This document shows, one piece after another, positions 19,303-30,258 of a DNA stretch of 64,000 bases (the first letter of the stretch is position 1; each line of letters opens with the position of its first letter). The position numbers and the translations under genes were made by a program. Source of the DNA: Bdellovibrionales bacterium. GTDB lineage: Bacteria > Bdellovibrionota > Bdellovibrionia > Bdellovibrionales > UBA1609. Where the stretch lies: NCBI GenBank assembly GCA_965205945.1, contig CBDBIB010000003.1:96001-160000 (forward strand), written 5' to 3'. The notes beneath the pieces are model-generated. The model searched no databases. It was not told the DNA's origin and saw only the letters and a program-made list of their open reading frames with translations.

Positions 19303-19641
19303 TTGTTTTTAGAAAAGTTTTTTGAAATAATTTTTGATATGAAGCTTGTTTTAATGATTTTATCAAATACAAAGTACACTGTAATAGTATGTGCTTTGGT
19401 TTTATTCCTTGCATTATTTGTTAGGGGAAGCTTTTTTGATTATTTTAAAATGAAAGCATATCAAATAAAAATTGCTCAAGAGATTAAAGCTATTCAGGTT
19501 CTTTCTAAGGATTTTAAAAAGAAACTTGAAAAAGTAAATGATCCTCATTTTATAGAAAAACAAATCAAAGAGAGGTTTGATTTTGTAAAAGAGGGTGACC
19601 TAGTTTTTATTTTTTCAAGTCAATCTGAGGGTTCTTTGTAA
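19303..19641 (+). CDS. Septum formation initiator (FtsB/DivIC-like)
   Basis: One TM helix, coiled coil, DPHFIEKQIKERFDFVKEGDLVF. Confidence 0.7.
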   Translation: MFLEKFFEIIFDMKLVLMILSNTKYTVIVCALVLFLALFVRGSFFDYFKMKAYQIKIAQEIKAIQVLSKDFKKKLEKVNDPHFIEKQIKERFDFVKEGDLVFIFSSQSEGSL

Positions 19642-19788
19642 AAAGCAATGTCTGAGTACAAGGTATTTGAGTATTTAAGCTTGCCTTAGTAAGTTAAAAT
19701 GCCTATAGGCAGACAGAGTAAGAATTGTTGCGCGTCAATTTCTTAAAAGTCTTTAATAGTTTAAGGCTTAAAGCGTATAGTTTTATTT

Positions 19789-22296
19789 ATGAAAAACAAA
19801 CTCTATCTTGTTGATGTAAGTTCTATGTTTTTTAGAGCTTTTTTTGCAATCCGTGAACTTAAAAATTCAAAAGGATTTCCTACCAATGCTCTTTATGGGT
19901 TTTTATCCATGACAATAAAATTGTTAAAGGATTTTCAACCAACTCATATGGTTTATTGTCAAGATAGGAAAGAGCCTTCTTTTAGAAAAGAACTTGATCC
20001 ACGTTATAAAGCAAATAGATTAGATATGCCTGAAGATTTAGTTCTTCAAATGCCATATATTCAAAAGCTTATAGGTATTTTAGGTATTCCACAAATGGAT
20101 AAGCTTGGGTATGAAGCTGATGATGTCATAGGTTCTTTAGCGCATTGGGGGGTTAAGAACGGTTTTAAAGTTGTAATAGTAAGTGGGGATAAAGATTTTG
20201 CACAATTGATTAATGAGAATGTTGTTATGTTTGATCCTATGAAGGGGAAAACACTTGATATTAATGCTGTTCAAGAAAGATGGGGTGTTACACCAGAGCA
20301 GTTTATGGATTATTTAGCTATTGTTGGGGATAGTAGTGACAATATTCCAGGTGCTAAAGGGCTTGGGCCAAAGGGGGCCAAAGGGCTTTTAAAGGATTTT
20401 AAAGATCTTAATGGAATTTATAAAAACTTAGATAAAATAAAAGGGGCTACTTATAAAAAACTTTTAGAAAGTAAGGATGAGGTTTATTTATCTAAAAAGT
20501 TAGTAAGTATTGTTACAAATTTAAAACTTTTAAAAAAAACTGATGATGCAATGTTAAAAGAAATCAATCAAACTGATTTAAAAATTCTTTTTAAAGAGCT
20601 TGAATTTGAATCGTTTTTAAAAATTTTTGAAAGATCTAATGTTATTAAAAGCAAAGAATCTAAAGAAGAGGTTCAAATTATAGAAATTAAAAAAGTTAAA
20701 GATTTAAAAAGTTTTTTTCAAAGAAATGAAGAAGTTTTTTATATGGAATCTAATAGAGGTGAAGTTTTAGTTTCATCTAAGGATAAGTATTATGTTCTTC
20801 CTTACAAAGTAGAGGATTTGTTAGCTATTGGGAAAGTAGTTAAAGATTTGAATTTAAAATTTTTAGGCTTTGGACTTAAAAGTTTTTTTAGAAAACTTGG
20901 AGTATCAGATTTAAATGTCACAGATGATATTAAACTTATGTGCTACTCTTTAGTTTCAAATAACTGGGATTTTAAAAAGGCATACCTTTATTTTTGTAAA
21001 GAAGAGCTCTCAGATTTATTAACCACTAAAGCGTTACACAAAGCACAGATTAAGCTATATAAGCAACTTTCTAAAAGTTTGAGTAAGGAAACGTTTAAGC
21101 TTTATAAGGAAATAGATCTTCCTTTAATGAAGATCTTGTTGGATATGGAGTTTGAAGGAGTTTTGTTAGATGAAAAAATGCTCGTATCTCATAGCAAAGA
21201 ACTTAAGGCAAGAATCTTTAAAATTACAGAAGAAGTTAATACAATGGTTAAAAATCCATTTAATCTTGCAAGCCCTAAACAACTTGCAAAAGTTCTTTTT
21301 CAAGATTTAGGGCTAACCCCTCTTAAGAAAACTAAAACAGGGTTTTCAACAAATACGGATGTTTTAGAAAAGTTAAAGACTAAACATCCAATTTGTGAAA
21401 AAATTATTGAGTTTAGAGAATTAAGTAAACTTAATTCTACTTATGTAGATGCTATCCCAAAACTAATGAACGCTAAAACCAATAGAGTTCATACAACTTA
21501 TAAACAGGCGTTAACAACAACAGGAAGGCTTTCTAGTGTGAATCCTAATCTTCAAAATATTCCTATTCGTACAGAAGAGGGGAGGAGGATAAGAAAAGCC
21601 TTTATTGCAAAGCCTGGTTATGTTTTAGTATCAGCGGATTATTCTCAAATTGAGCTTAGAATTTTAGCTCATATAACAAGAGATAAAGGCCTTATGGAAG
21701 CTTTTTTAAATAATCAGGATGTGCATGCAAGAACTGCTGCTGAAGTATTTGGTGTGGCCTTAGATGAAGTCACGACTGAGCAAAGGCGCATGGCTAAGGC
21801 TGTAAACTTTGGAATTGCCTATGGCCAAGGAGCATATGGTCTGGCTGAGGTTTTAGGTATTTCTAGAAAAGAAGGCAAAGAGATTATTCAAAGTTATTTT
21901 TTAAAATTTCCAGGTGTAAAGGGTTATATTCAAGAAACTATAGAGGCGGCAAAGCAGGATTTTTTTACAGTAACGTTATTAGGAAGGAAAAGAGAGCTTG
22001 ATGAGTTAAAATCGTCTAATAAAATGCTTCAAAAATTTGGTGAGCGAGCTGCAATTAATGCTCCCATTCAAGGTATGGCTTCAGATTTAATTAAACTTGC
22101 TATGATTAAAGTGGTTGAAAAAGTAAAATCACCACTTTTACTTCAAGTGCATGATGAACTTGTTTTAGAGGTTAAAGAGGAAGATTTAGAGTCTGAGAAA
22201 ATATTAATTAAAAGTGCTATGGAAGGGGTTTATAAGCTTAATGTTCCACTTACTATAAGAATAGGTTCAGGGCACACTTGGAATGATGCACATTAA
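19789..22296 (+). CDS. polA: DNA polymerase I
   Basis: EADDVIG, GDSSDNIPG, TGRLSS.NPNLQNIP, ADYSQIELR, KAVNFG, QVHDEL. Confidence 0.97.
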   Translation: MKNKLYLVDVSSMFFRAFFAIRELKNSKGFPTNALYGFLSMTIKLLKDFQPTHMVYCQDRKEPSFRKELDPRYKANRLDMPEDLVLQMPYIQKLIGILGIPQMDKLGYEADDVIGSLAHWGVKNGFKVVIVSGDKDFAQLINENVVMFDPMKGKTLDINAVQERWGVTPEQFMDYLAIVGDSSDNIPGAKGLGPKGAKGLLKDFKDLNGIYKNLDKIKGATYKKLLESKDEVYLSKKLVSIVTNLKLLKKTDDAMLKEINQTDLKILFKELEFESFLKIFERSNVIKSKESKEEVQIIEIKKVKDLKSFFQRNEEVFYMESNRGEVLVSSKDKYYVLPYKVEDLLAIGKVVKDLNLKFLGFGLKSFFRKLGVSDLNVTDDIKLMCYSLVSNNWDFKKAYLYFCKEELSDLLTTKALHKAQIKLYKQLSKSLSKETFKLYKEIDLPLMKILLDMEFEGVLLDEKMLVSHSKELKARIFKITEEVNTMVKNPFNLASPKQLAKVLFQDLGLTPLKKTKTGFSTNTDVLEKLKTKHPICEKIIEFRELSKLNSTYVDAIPKLMNAKTNRVHTTYKQALTTTGRLSSVNPNLQNIPIRTEEGRRIRKAFIAKPGYVLVSADYSQIELRILAHITRDKGLMEAFLNNQDVHARTAAEVFGVALDEVTTEQRRMAKAVNFGIAYGQGAYGLAEVLGISRKEGKEIIQSYFLKFPGVKGYIQETIEAAKQDFFTVTLLGRKRELDELKSSNKMLQKFGERAAINAPIQGMASDLIKLAMIKVVEKVKSPLLLQVHDELVLEVKEEDLESEKILIKSAMEGVYKLNVPLTIRIGSGHTWNDAH

Positions 22297-22315
22297 ATTA
22301 TACATATTTATTTAG

Positions 22316-22704
22316 TGTAATCTAGCTAAAGTAAAGAGTTAGATTGTATTTATTGGCCTAAGTGCTGAAGTGGTTTTTCATTCAGATCGTGGGGTTAAAT
22401 ACGCTAGTGATGCTTACAGAAGGTTTTTAAAAAACAAAAAGATGAAGCCAAGTATGAGTAGGAAAGTGAATTGCTATGATAACGCATATGTTGAGAGTTG
22501 GTTTTTAAGTTTAAAAAAAGAATTTTTATATAGAAAAAACTATACTGGAGAAAGAGAATTAAGATCGTTGGTGTTTAAATATATTTAAGTTTGGTATAAC
22601 AAGAAAAAAAGACATTCTTTGTTTGATTATCAAAGCCCTAAAGGGTATATAATTAAACAGAACCTTGCATAGAAAAAAGTGTTCTATTTCCTTAGGCAAG
22701 TTCA
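22316..22704 (+). mobile_element. IS3-family remnant (integrase-core C-terminal fragment)
   Basis: FHSDRGVKYAS..MSRKVNCYDNAYVESWF.SLKKE with a premature stop. Probable right end ..GGCAAGTTCA; left limit uncertain. Confidence 0.8.
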
Positions 22705-22710
22705 CATGAG

Positions 22711-23958
22711 TTAAACAGTCTGTAGATATTTTTTGATTTTATCATGGAGGGTGCTTTTTGCAATTCCTAGGTCTTTTGCTGTTTTTCTTTGATTTCCAGA
22801 ATTTTTAGAAAGAGTTTGTAAAATCATTTGTTTTTCAAATTCTTTAACAACAGATTTAGATTTTGGTATTTTAGCCTTGTTTTGATAAAATTTACCTAAA
22901 AGGCCTTCTACACTATCACTTTGAACACCTTTTTGACTATAAATTACAGATGCCCTTTGGACTAAGTTTTTAAGTTCTCTAATATTTCCAAGCCAAGGGT
23001 GTTCTTTTAACTTTGAGATAGCTTCGGGTGAGAATCTTACTCTATATTGTCTAGCAAAGAAGAATAGTAAATCCTCAAAGTCTTCCATTCTTTCCGATAA
23101 TCCAGGAGGGTTTAATGTTAAAGTATGAAGTCTATAAAAAAGATCTTCTCTAAAAGAACTGTCTTGAACTTTTTTAAATAGGTTTTTGTGAGTAGAGGCT
23201 ATGATTCGAACATCAATTTTAAGAGCTTTATCACTTCCAACTGGGCGAATTTCCTTATTTTCTAGAGCTCTTAAAAGTTTTGGTTGGAGAGCTAGGGGGA
23301 GATCTCCAATTTCATCAAGTAAAAGAGTTCCACCTTGAGCTTGTTGGAAAGCGCCTTTACGACTTTTTGTAGCTCCTGTAAAGGCTCCTTCAATGTGCCC
23401 GAAGAGTTCACTTTCAATTAACTGTTCGTTAAAAGCTGAGCAGTTAATGCTAACAAGTTCACCATAGGCGCGTGGTGAGTTAAAATGTAGGGATCTTGCT
23501 ACAAACTCTTTACCCGTTCCAGAAGGTCCTAGAATAAGTACTGGCACTTCAGAGGCTGCGTAGACAGGAAGTTTTTCTAAATCAGCTTTCCATTTTTTAT
23601 TTTTAGATTGGTAGAATTCTTTAGGAATTTTAGAGTCTAGATCTAAACTCTCACGGTACTTGAATATAGAATTTCCAACCTGAATTTGATCATAAGCTTT
23701 TAAAGGGGCCTGTAGGACTTGCTCCCCATTTAAGAAGGTGCCATTTTTACTTTTTAGATCTTTAAGAATGTATTGGGTTTCTTTTTTTTCAATTCTACAG
23801 TGTTTTTGAGATGCAAATGAGTCATTAAAAAAAACAAGGTTATTAGAAGGGTGTCGCCCAACAGAAAAAAAATCATCTAATTCAATGATTTTTTCTTCAA
23901 ATTCTATGAAATATCTTTCAGCAGGTTTTTTCTTTGTTTCAAGGATTTTAGTATTCAT
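22711..23958 (-). CDS. FHA-domain sigma-54-dependent transcriptional activator
   Basis: FHA (VGR..S..H..DL.SKNGTFLNG), GPSGTGKE, GAFTGA, LDEIG, C-terminal HTH. Confidence 0.93.
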   Translation of the reverse strand: MNTKILETKKKPAERYFIEFEEKIIELDDFFSVGRHPSNNLVFFNDSFASQKHCRIEKKETQYILKDLKSKNGTFLNGEQVLQAPLKAYDQIQVGNSIFKYRESLDLDSKIPKEFYQSKNKKWKADLEKLPVYAASEVPVLILGPSGTGKEFVARSLHFNSPRAYGELVSINCSAFNEQLIESELFGHIEGAFTGATKSRKGAFQQAQGGTLLLDEIGDLPLALQPKLLRALENKEIRPVGSDKALKIDVRIIASTHKNLFKKVQDSSFREDLFYRLHTLTLNPPGLSERMEDFEDLLFFFARQYRVRFSPEAISKLKEHPWLGNIRELKNLVQRASVIYSQKGVQSDSVEGLLGKFYQNKAKIPKSKSVVKEFEKQMILQTLSKNSGNQRKTAKDLGIAKSTLHDKIKKYLQTV

Positions 23959-24101
23959 GGGGCTCCCTTTTGTTTAAATATTTGTTAGAACTAGTAGTGT
24001 GCAAAAACTGGTTGCTCCTTAGAATTTGTTTAGCCTATAAGGTAGTAATAAAGGCATCCGGGTTTCGGATCAAATATAGATTAATGGAGTGAATTTTTTT
24101 T

Positions 24102-24686
24102 ATGAATAAGTACCCTTATTTTATAAAAAGTGCCTTAGGGCCAGAGACTTATCCTGTACATAAAGGGGTGGAGCTTGCTTTTTTAGGAGCTTCAAACTCT
24201 GGAAAATCCACTTTAGTAAACGCTCTTTTAGGTAAAGATTTATGTAAAACAAGCTCTAAACCCGGACATACAAGTCTTTTAAATTTTTTTGGAGTTAAAA
24301 ATGGACTTTATTTTGTAGATCTACCAGGCTATGGTTTTGCTAAAAAATCTGAAAAAGACCAAAGAAAATGGCAAAGAGCCATTGAGCTTTATTTAGTTAA
24401 GCGTGAAAATCTAGCTTTGTGCTATGTCTTATTTGATTTAAAAAGGGGATTTTTAAATAACGATTTTGATCTTTTAAAGTGGCTTAAGTATAATGGGGTT
24501 CCATACGCCATGGTTGCTACAAAAGTGGATAAACTTAATCAGAAAGAGGAGGCGCTGGCCTTAAGAGCAGCTAAGCAAATAGGATTTCAAGGAGGATTTT
24601 TTAAAACCTCTAGTGTAAAAAAAAAGGGTTTAAAGGAACTTTGGAGCCATATTGATGGTTTTTTAAAGGTTTCAGCTTCTCTTTAA
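24102..24686 (+). CDS. engB: Ribosome-biogenesis GTPase EngB/YihA
   Basis: GASNSGKST, TSSKPGHT, DLPGYG, TKVDK. Confidence 0.92.
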   Translation: MNKYPYFIKSALGPETYPVHKGVELAFLGASNSGKSTLVNALLGKDLCKTSSKPGHTSLLNFFGVKNGLYFVDLPGYGFAKKSEKDQRKWQRAIELYLVKRENLALCYVLFDLKRGFLNNDFDLLKWLKYNGVPYAMVATKVDKLNQKEEALALRAAKQIGFQGGFFKTSSVKKKGLKELWSHIDGFLKVSASL

Positions 24687-24695
24687 GATTTATTA

Positions 24696-25481
24696 GTGTT
24701 ATTTAGAAGACCCATGAAGCACATGGCGGTAATTCCAGCACGATTAGAATCAAAAAGGCTTGCTAAAAAGCCACTCCAGCTTATTAACCATAAGCCATTA
24801 ATTGTTTATGTAGCTGAAGAAGTAGAAAGAACAGGTGTTTTTAAACATATCTATGTGGCTACAGACTCTAAAGAGGTGTTTAATCTTTTTAAAGGTCATT
24901 CAGTAAAAGCCATTATGACATCGGTTAAGCATCAAAGTGGCACAGATAGAATCAATGAAGCCATTAGCAAAGTTCATGAGGATTTTGATACAGTCTTTAA
25001 CGTTCAAGGGGATGAGCCGTTTATTTATAAGCAGGACCTTTTAAACCTTAAAAACTCACTTGAGATGGGGTTAAAAATGATTTCTTTATACGAAGAAATA
25101 AAACCACAAGATATAAAGGATGAAAATAAAGTTAAAGTTATTTTAAACAACCAAAATGAAGCAATTTATTTTAGTAGATTTGGAATCCCTTTTTCAAAAA
25201 AAAATGCTTTAAATACTATAGACTCTAAATTTGTAGGTAAACATATAGGGGTTTATGCCTATGAAAAAAACTTTTTAAAAAGTTTTTGTGCTGAACCTAT
25301 GGGGCATCATGAAACTTTTGAAAAGCTTGAGCAATTAAGAGCACTGCAAATGGGTGAGAAAGTAAAAATGATTTTAACTAGAAATACCTATCAAAGTGTA
25401 GACACCATGAAAGATTTAAAAAAAGTAAATGAAATTTTAAATTTAAATAAGAAAAATAAAATAGAAGATAAAATAAGATGA
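24696..25481 (+). CDS. kdsB: CMP-Kdo synthetase
   Basis: [41 protein letters not shown]. Likely start is the ATG at 24714. Confidence 0.95.
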   Translation: MLFRRPMKHMAVIPARLESKRLAKKPLQLINHKPLIVYVAEEVERTGVFKHIYVATDSKEVFNLFKGHSVKAIMTSVKHQSGTDRINEAISKVHEDFDTVFNVQGDEPFIYKQDLLNLKNSLEMGLKMISLYEEIKPQDIKDENKVKVILNNQNEAIYFSRFGIPFSKKNALNTIDSKFVGKHIGVYAYEKNFLKSFCAEPMGHHETFEKLEQLRALQMGEKVKMILTRNTYQSVDTMKDLKKVNEILNLNKKNKIEDKIR

Positions 25482-27091
25482 AAGATAAAAAAATTATATT
25501 TATAACAGGTGGTGTGATTTCTTCTATTGGAAAAGGTCTAACAGCAGCAAGCATAGGAGCGCTTTTAGAAGAGCGAGGTGTAAATGTAGGGATTATGAAA
25601 TGTGATCCATATATTAATATAGATCCGGGAACAATGTCGCCCTTACAGCATGGTGAAGTCTATGTAACAGAGGATGGTGCGGAAACAGATTTAGATTTAG
25701 GGCACTATGAAAGGTTTACATCAAGTATACTAACTCGTGGACATAGCATCACTGCAGGTCAAGTTTATGAGACTGTTATAGCAAGAGAGAGACGCGGTGA
25801 CTATCTTGGTGGAACTGTACAGGTGATTCCACATATTACAGATGAAATTAAAAAAAGAATTTTATCATTAACTAATGAGTGTGATGTTCTTATAGTAGAA
25901 ATTGGGGGGACAGTAGGTGACATTGAAGGGCTTCCTTTTATTGAGGCTATTCGTCAAATGAGAACTGACCTTGGGTTTGAGAATACAATTTTTATACATA
26001 TTACATTTATTCCATATATTAAAACAATAGGAGAGTTAAAAAGTAAACCAACCCAGCACTCAGTTAAAGCCTTAAGAGAAGTTGGAATACAACCTGATAT
26101 TTTGATTTGTAGAAGTGAGCAAAAACTTCCAGAAGAAGTTAAATCAAAAATTGGACTATTTTGCTCAGTGCATCCGAATTTGGTCATTGGAGCTGAAGAT
26201 TCAGTAAGTATTTATGATGTTCCATTAAAGCTTCACAGACAAGGGCTTGATGAAAGAATTTTTAAAAGACTAGGGTTAATAGGACATGAACCAGATCTTA
26301 AGAAATGGGAAGTTTTTACAGGAATTATTCATAACCCACAAACTAAAATAAAAATTGCCTTAGTTGGTAAATATGTGGATCTTAAAGAAAGCTATAAATC
26401 ATTACATGAAGCACTTATTCATGCAGGTGCTCAGATGAAAACTAAAGTTGAAATTGAATACGTAGATTCTGAAAAATTTGAAAAAAATAGTATAAAAGCT
26501 TTTAAAATTCTTAAAAAAGTTTCAGGAATTTTAGTTCCAGGTGGTTTTGGAGATAGAGGTATTGAAGGAAAGATTAAAGCTATTCAATATGCTCGTGAAA
26601 ATAATATTCCTTTTTTTGGAATATGTTTGGGAATGCAGCTATCAGCAATTGAATTTGCTAGAAATGTCTGTAACTTTCCTGAAGCGACAAGCCAAGAGTT
26701 TGAATCAAAAACCTTAAAAAAACCTATGGTTATTCATATTATGGAAAATCAAAAAAGTGTACTTAAAAAGGGTGGAACGATGAGACTTGGAGCCTATCCT
26801 TGTAATTTAGTAAAGGGGACTAAGGCATATAAAGCGTATAAAAATTTAAAAATCCAAGAAAGACATAGGCATAGGTATGAATTTAATAATGAATTTAAAA
26901 CTGTATTTCTTAAAAATGGTGGTTTTTTTTCAGGAATCAATAGCTGTCTAGATTTAGTTGAAATTTTTGAAATACCAATGCATAAGTGGTTTGTAGGAGT
27001 TCAGTTTCATCCAGAGTTTAAATCACAGCCTAATAACCCTCACCCATTATTTTTAGATTTTATTAAAAACTCTTTAAGCCTTGAAAGATAA
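25478..27091 (+). CDS. pyrG: CTP synthase
   Basis: [38 protein letters not shown]. Confidence 0.98.
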   Translation: MKDKKIIFITGGVISSIGKGLTAASIGALLEERGVNVGIMKCDPYINIDPGTMSPLQHGEVYVTEDGAETDLDLGHYERFTSSILTRGHSITAGQVYETVIARERRGDYLGGTVQVIPHITDEIKKRILSLTNECDVLIVEIGGTVGDIEGLPFIEAIRQMRTDLGFENTIFIHITFIPYIKTIGELKSKPTQHSVKALREVGIQPDILICRSEQKLPEEVKSKIGLFCSVHPNLVIGAEDSVSIYDVPLKLHRQGLDERIFKRLGLIGHEPDLKKWEVFTGIIHNPQTKIKIALVGKYVDLKESYKSLHEALIHAGAQMKTKVEIEYVDSEKFEKNSIKAFKILKKVSGILVPGGFGDRGIEGKIKAIQYARENNIPFFGICLGMQLSAIEFARNVCNFPEATSQEFESKTLKKPMVIHIMENQKSVLKKGGTMRLGAYPCNLVKGTKAYKAYKNLKIQERHRHRYEFNNEFKTVFLKNGGFFSGINSCLDLVEIFEIPMHKWFVGVQFHPEFKSQPNNPHPLFLDFIKNSLSLER

Positions 27092-28091
27092 GATTATGAA
27101 AAAAAATAGAATAGATATAGCAACAAACGTTTTAGACATTGAGATTTCTTCCTTAAAGGTTTTAAAAAATAGAGTGGATGAAAAATTTAGTCTTGCAATA
27201 GATATTCTTTTAGAATCAAAAGGTAAAGTGGTGGTTACAGGAATGGGAAAATCTGGAATCATAGGTCAAAAGTTTTCTGCAACATTAAATTCCACAGGAA
27301 CGTCATCATTGTTTTTGCATCCGGCTGAAAGTTCTCATGGAGATTTAGGGGTGGTTTCTGCAGGAGATGTTATTGTTGCAATTAGTTACGGAGGAGGTAG
27401 TAGTGAGCTTGATTCGATTATTGAATATACAAAAAGAAACGGGATTAAACTCATAGGAATAACAGGAAACCTATCTAGCAAATTATCTAAAAATTCAGAT
27501 GTTGTTATTGATATATCTGTTGAAAAAGAAGCTTGTCCTTTAAACCTTTCTCCTACAGCAAGCTCTACGGTAACACTTGTAATGTGCGATGCACTTGCAA
27601 TGGTTTTATTGTATGAAAAAGGTTTTAGAAAAGAAGATTTTGCACAGCTACATCCTGGTGGAGCTCTTGGAAAAAAACTTTTAACAAGAGTAAAGGATGT
27701 GGTCTTTAAACAGCTTTATTTGCCAATGGTTAAAGAGAATGAATCTGTAAAAAATGTTGTAGATATTATGACAAACAGAGAGGTTCGAGGAATTTGTGGG
27801 GTTATTGATGATAAGGGTGTATTAGTGGGCTCCATTACAGATGGTGATGTAAGAAGATGGCTTGGAAAATTTTTTGAAAAAAAAGAAGATTCAAGTAATC
27901 TAAAAGCATTAGATCTTATGAGTAGTAACCCTAAAGTTATTGATGAAAATGAATTAGCTCAAAAAGCCTTATATTTAATGGAACATTTTTCAATCAGTTC
28001 ACTTTTTGTAGTACGAAAAGGAGAGGATATAGATTTTAGTCCTATTGGAATTTTACACATTCAAGATCTTTTAGATGCTAAAATTGCATAA
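27081..28091 (+). CDS. kdsD: Arabinose-5-phosphate isomerase (KdsD/KpsF/GutQ)
   Basis: TGMGKSG, HPAE..HGDLG, KEACP, HPGGALG, CBS pair. Confidence 0.93.
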   Translation: MKDKIMKKNRIDIATNVLDIEISSLKVLKNRVDEKFSLAIDILLESKGKVVVTGMGKSGIIGQKFSATLNSTGTSSLFLHPAESSHGDLGVVSAGDVIVAISYGGGSSELDSIIEYTKRNGIKLIGITGNLSSKLSKNSDVVIDISVEKEACPLNLSPTASSTVTLVMCDALAMVLLYEKGFRKEDFAQLHPGGALGKKLLTRVKDVVFKQLYLPMVKENESVKNVVDIMTNREVRGICGVIDDKGVLVGSITDGDVRRWLGKFFEKKEDSSNLKALDLMSSNPKVIDENELAQKALYLMEHFSISSLFVVRKGEDIDFSPIGILHIQDLLDAKIA

Positions 28092-28188
28092 ATATTTGTT
28101 TTAATGTTCTTTTTGGCTCACCTTTAGGCCACTTTGGCCTTGAATAGGTGTACACTTTACGTTTTTTTTGAAAAACTAATGAGCAATT

Positions 28189-28686
28189 ATGAAGATTAAG
28201 TTGAATTTAAAAAATATAAAGCTTTTTTTAAGTGATGTAGATGGAGTTATGACAGATACACGCATTTTCTTAGATGTTCATGGAAATTGGACAAGGCAGT
28301 TTTCTGTGTACGATGGTATAGGCTTAAAAAGACTTCAAGAGCGTGGAGTTCAGGTTGGAGTTATTACTGCAGCTAAAACTAAAGATATTAGAGAAAGGTT
28401 TGAATTTTTAAAAATAGATTTCTTTTATGAAGGGGTGAAGAATAAAGTTGATTATTTAGACAAGATTGTTGAAAAAACAGGCTTTTTGTTAAATGAGATA
28501 GTGTATATAGGAGATGATCTTATGGACCTTCCAGTTATAAAGAGGGTGGGGTTTGGTGTCACGGTTCCTCACGCTCTTAAAGGCATTAAAGATAAAGCAA
28601 GTTATATTACTAAGAACCCAGGTGGATTTGGTGCTGTTCGAGAAGTTTGTGAGATGATTATTTCAAATAAGGATGGTGAACTGTGA
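28189..28686 (+). CDS. kdsC: KDO 8-phosphate phosphatase
   Basis: DVDGVMTD, GDDLMD, GGFGAVRE. Confidence 0.93.
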   Translation: MKIKLNLKNIKLFLSDVDGVMTDTRIFLDVHGNWTRQFSVYDGIGLKRLQERGVQVGVITAAKTKDIRERFEFLKIDFFYEGVKNKVDYLDKIVEKTGFLLNEIVYIGDDLMDLPVIKRVGFGVTVPHALKGIKDKASYITKNPGGFGAVREVCEMIISNKDGEL

Positions 28687-29435
28687 CAATATTTAGAAAA
28701 TATATTTTCATTTTAGTAAACTTAATGTTTATAAGCCATGCTTTTTCTCAAGTTAAAATAACTTTTCCTGAAGAGGAGCTTGCAACAGAGTCTATTCTAC
28801 CAAAATTTGAAACAACATCAGCTGTTAAAAATAGGAAAGTTAATCATAAAGGAAAATTTGAAATAAACTTTATGGGAGGGATGGTGGCCTCAGAACCTAT
28901 TTATGACCCTTTAAGCTTTGGGCTGTCGTTATCATATCATTTTAACAATACTCAAGGAATTCATATAATGGGTTTAATGTTTAGCAGTGGCCTATCTAAG
29001 AGTGGTAAAAGTTTGCAAGAGGGAAATGTAATTTCAGATTCAGGAGATAAATCAGGGCAAAAATTTGATGCTTTAAAAGCACCACATAAAGAATCTATGC
29101 TTGCAATACATTATCAGTATACTTCATATTATGGAAAAATTTCTTTAACACATGAAAATATAATGAATTTAACACTATCTGGATTAATTGGTGGAGGATT
29201 TTACTCTATGAAGGGTTTAACAGTTCCGGCTGTAAACTTAGGATTAAGTCAAAGGCTTTATTTTAATTCAAGTGTGGCCTTTCGTTTTGATATTTTATTC
29301 TCAGTATTTAATGGTCCCAATATTACAAGTGCTGGAACAGTTAAGCCTAATGAGCCAGCTCCAGATGTTAAAGATTTTAATAAAACAATACAGTTTGATA
29401 CAAATATTTACATGGGGGTAAGCTTTCTTTTGTAA
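28683..29435 (+). CDS. Outer-membrane beta-barrel protein, GltA/B/H-like (gliding locus)
   Basis: Signal peptide, AVKNR, YGKISL, terminal aromatic beta-strand; operon context. Confidence 0.7.
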   Translation: MTIFRKYIFILVNLMFISHAFSQVKITFPEEELATESILPKFETTSAVKNRKVNHKGKFEINFMGGMVASEPIYDPLSFGLSLSYHFNNTQGIHIMGLMFSSGLSKSGKSLQEGNVISDSGDKSGQKFDALKAPHKESMLAIHYQYTSYYGKISLTHENIMNLTLSGLIGGGFYSMKGLTVPAVNLGLSQRLYFNSSVAFRFDILFSVFNGPNITSAGTVKPNEPAPDVKDFNKTIQFDTNIYMGVSFLL

Positions 29436-29505
29436 AACTTAATAAAGCTTAGAGTACGCATTAAGAACAAAGCTTTGGATAAGATCAGAGTTTTAGGGGT
29501 TAGAA

Positions 29506-30258
29506 GTGTTTAAAAATAAGATATTATTTTTTTTATTAGTATTTAAATTATTTTGTTTAAATATTTTTGCTCAATATAATGAGCAAGATCAATATGGTCA
29601 AAAAGTAAGTGTTGATTCTAAGCAATTAATTCAAAATATTGATGATTTAACGACGCTAGAAAACTTAAAAGATATTGCTGTAATTCAAAGAAAATTTTTG
29701 AAAAAAACTAAAAGATTTGAACTTTTTGGAGCGGCCAATATAGCCTTAAACTCTCAATATTTTAATCTTTTAGGAGTTAATTTTTCAGGAACATATCATT
29801 TTAGCGAAAGATGGGGTATTGAAATTCAAGGAATGTTTTTATCAAGTTTAGAAAAATCTCTTACAGAAGGTTTAAGAAGAGATCAGGCTATTCTTACACA
29901 GAATATAATAACACCAGAGTCTTATTACGGTTTAAATTTAAGGTGGTCACCAATTTATGGGAAAATGTCCTTGCGTGAAAAAACAATCAATCCTTTTGAG
30001 GTTTACTTTGCATTAGGATTGGGCATGACCGGTACAGACGACTCTCAATCAGTACTTACGGTTCATGGTGAGATTGGACAGGTGTATCCACTTTTAAAGG
30101 ACATAACCTTTAGGTGGGGTCTTGGGTTAAATAATTTTTTTGCAAATGCTAAGAGTGATTTAAAGGGATCTGTTCAAGGAGAAAAGGTGAATGCAAATTT
30201 ATTTTACTTATCTGCAGGCATGAGTATGTATTTTCCATTTAGTAAGGAGAGGCAATGA
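29506..30258 (+). CDS. Outer-membrane beta-barrel protein, GltA/B/H-like (gliding locus)
   Basis: VIQRKFL.KTKRFEL, WSPIYGKMSL; paralogous to the previous gene. Confidence 0.75.
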   Translation: MFKNKILFFLLVFKLFCLNIFAQYNEQDQYGQKVSVDSKQLIQNIDDLTTLENLKDIAVIQRKFLKKTKRFELFGAANIALNSQYFNLLGVNFSGTYHFSERWGIEIQGMFLSSLEKSLTEGLRRDQAILTQNIITPESYYGLNLRWSPIYGKMSLREKTINPFEVYFALGLGMTGTDDSQSVLTVHGEIGQVYPLLKDITFRWGLGLNNFFANAKSDLKGSVQGEKVNANLFYLSAGMSMYFPFSKERQ

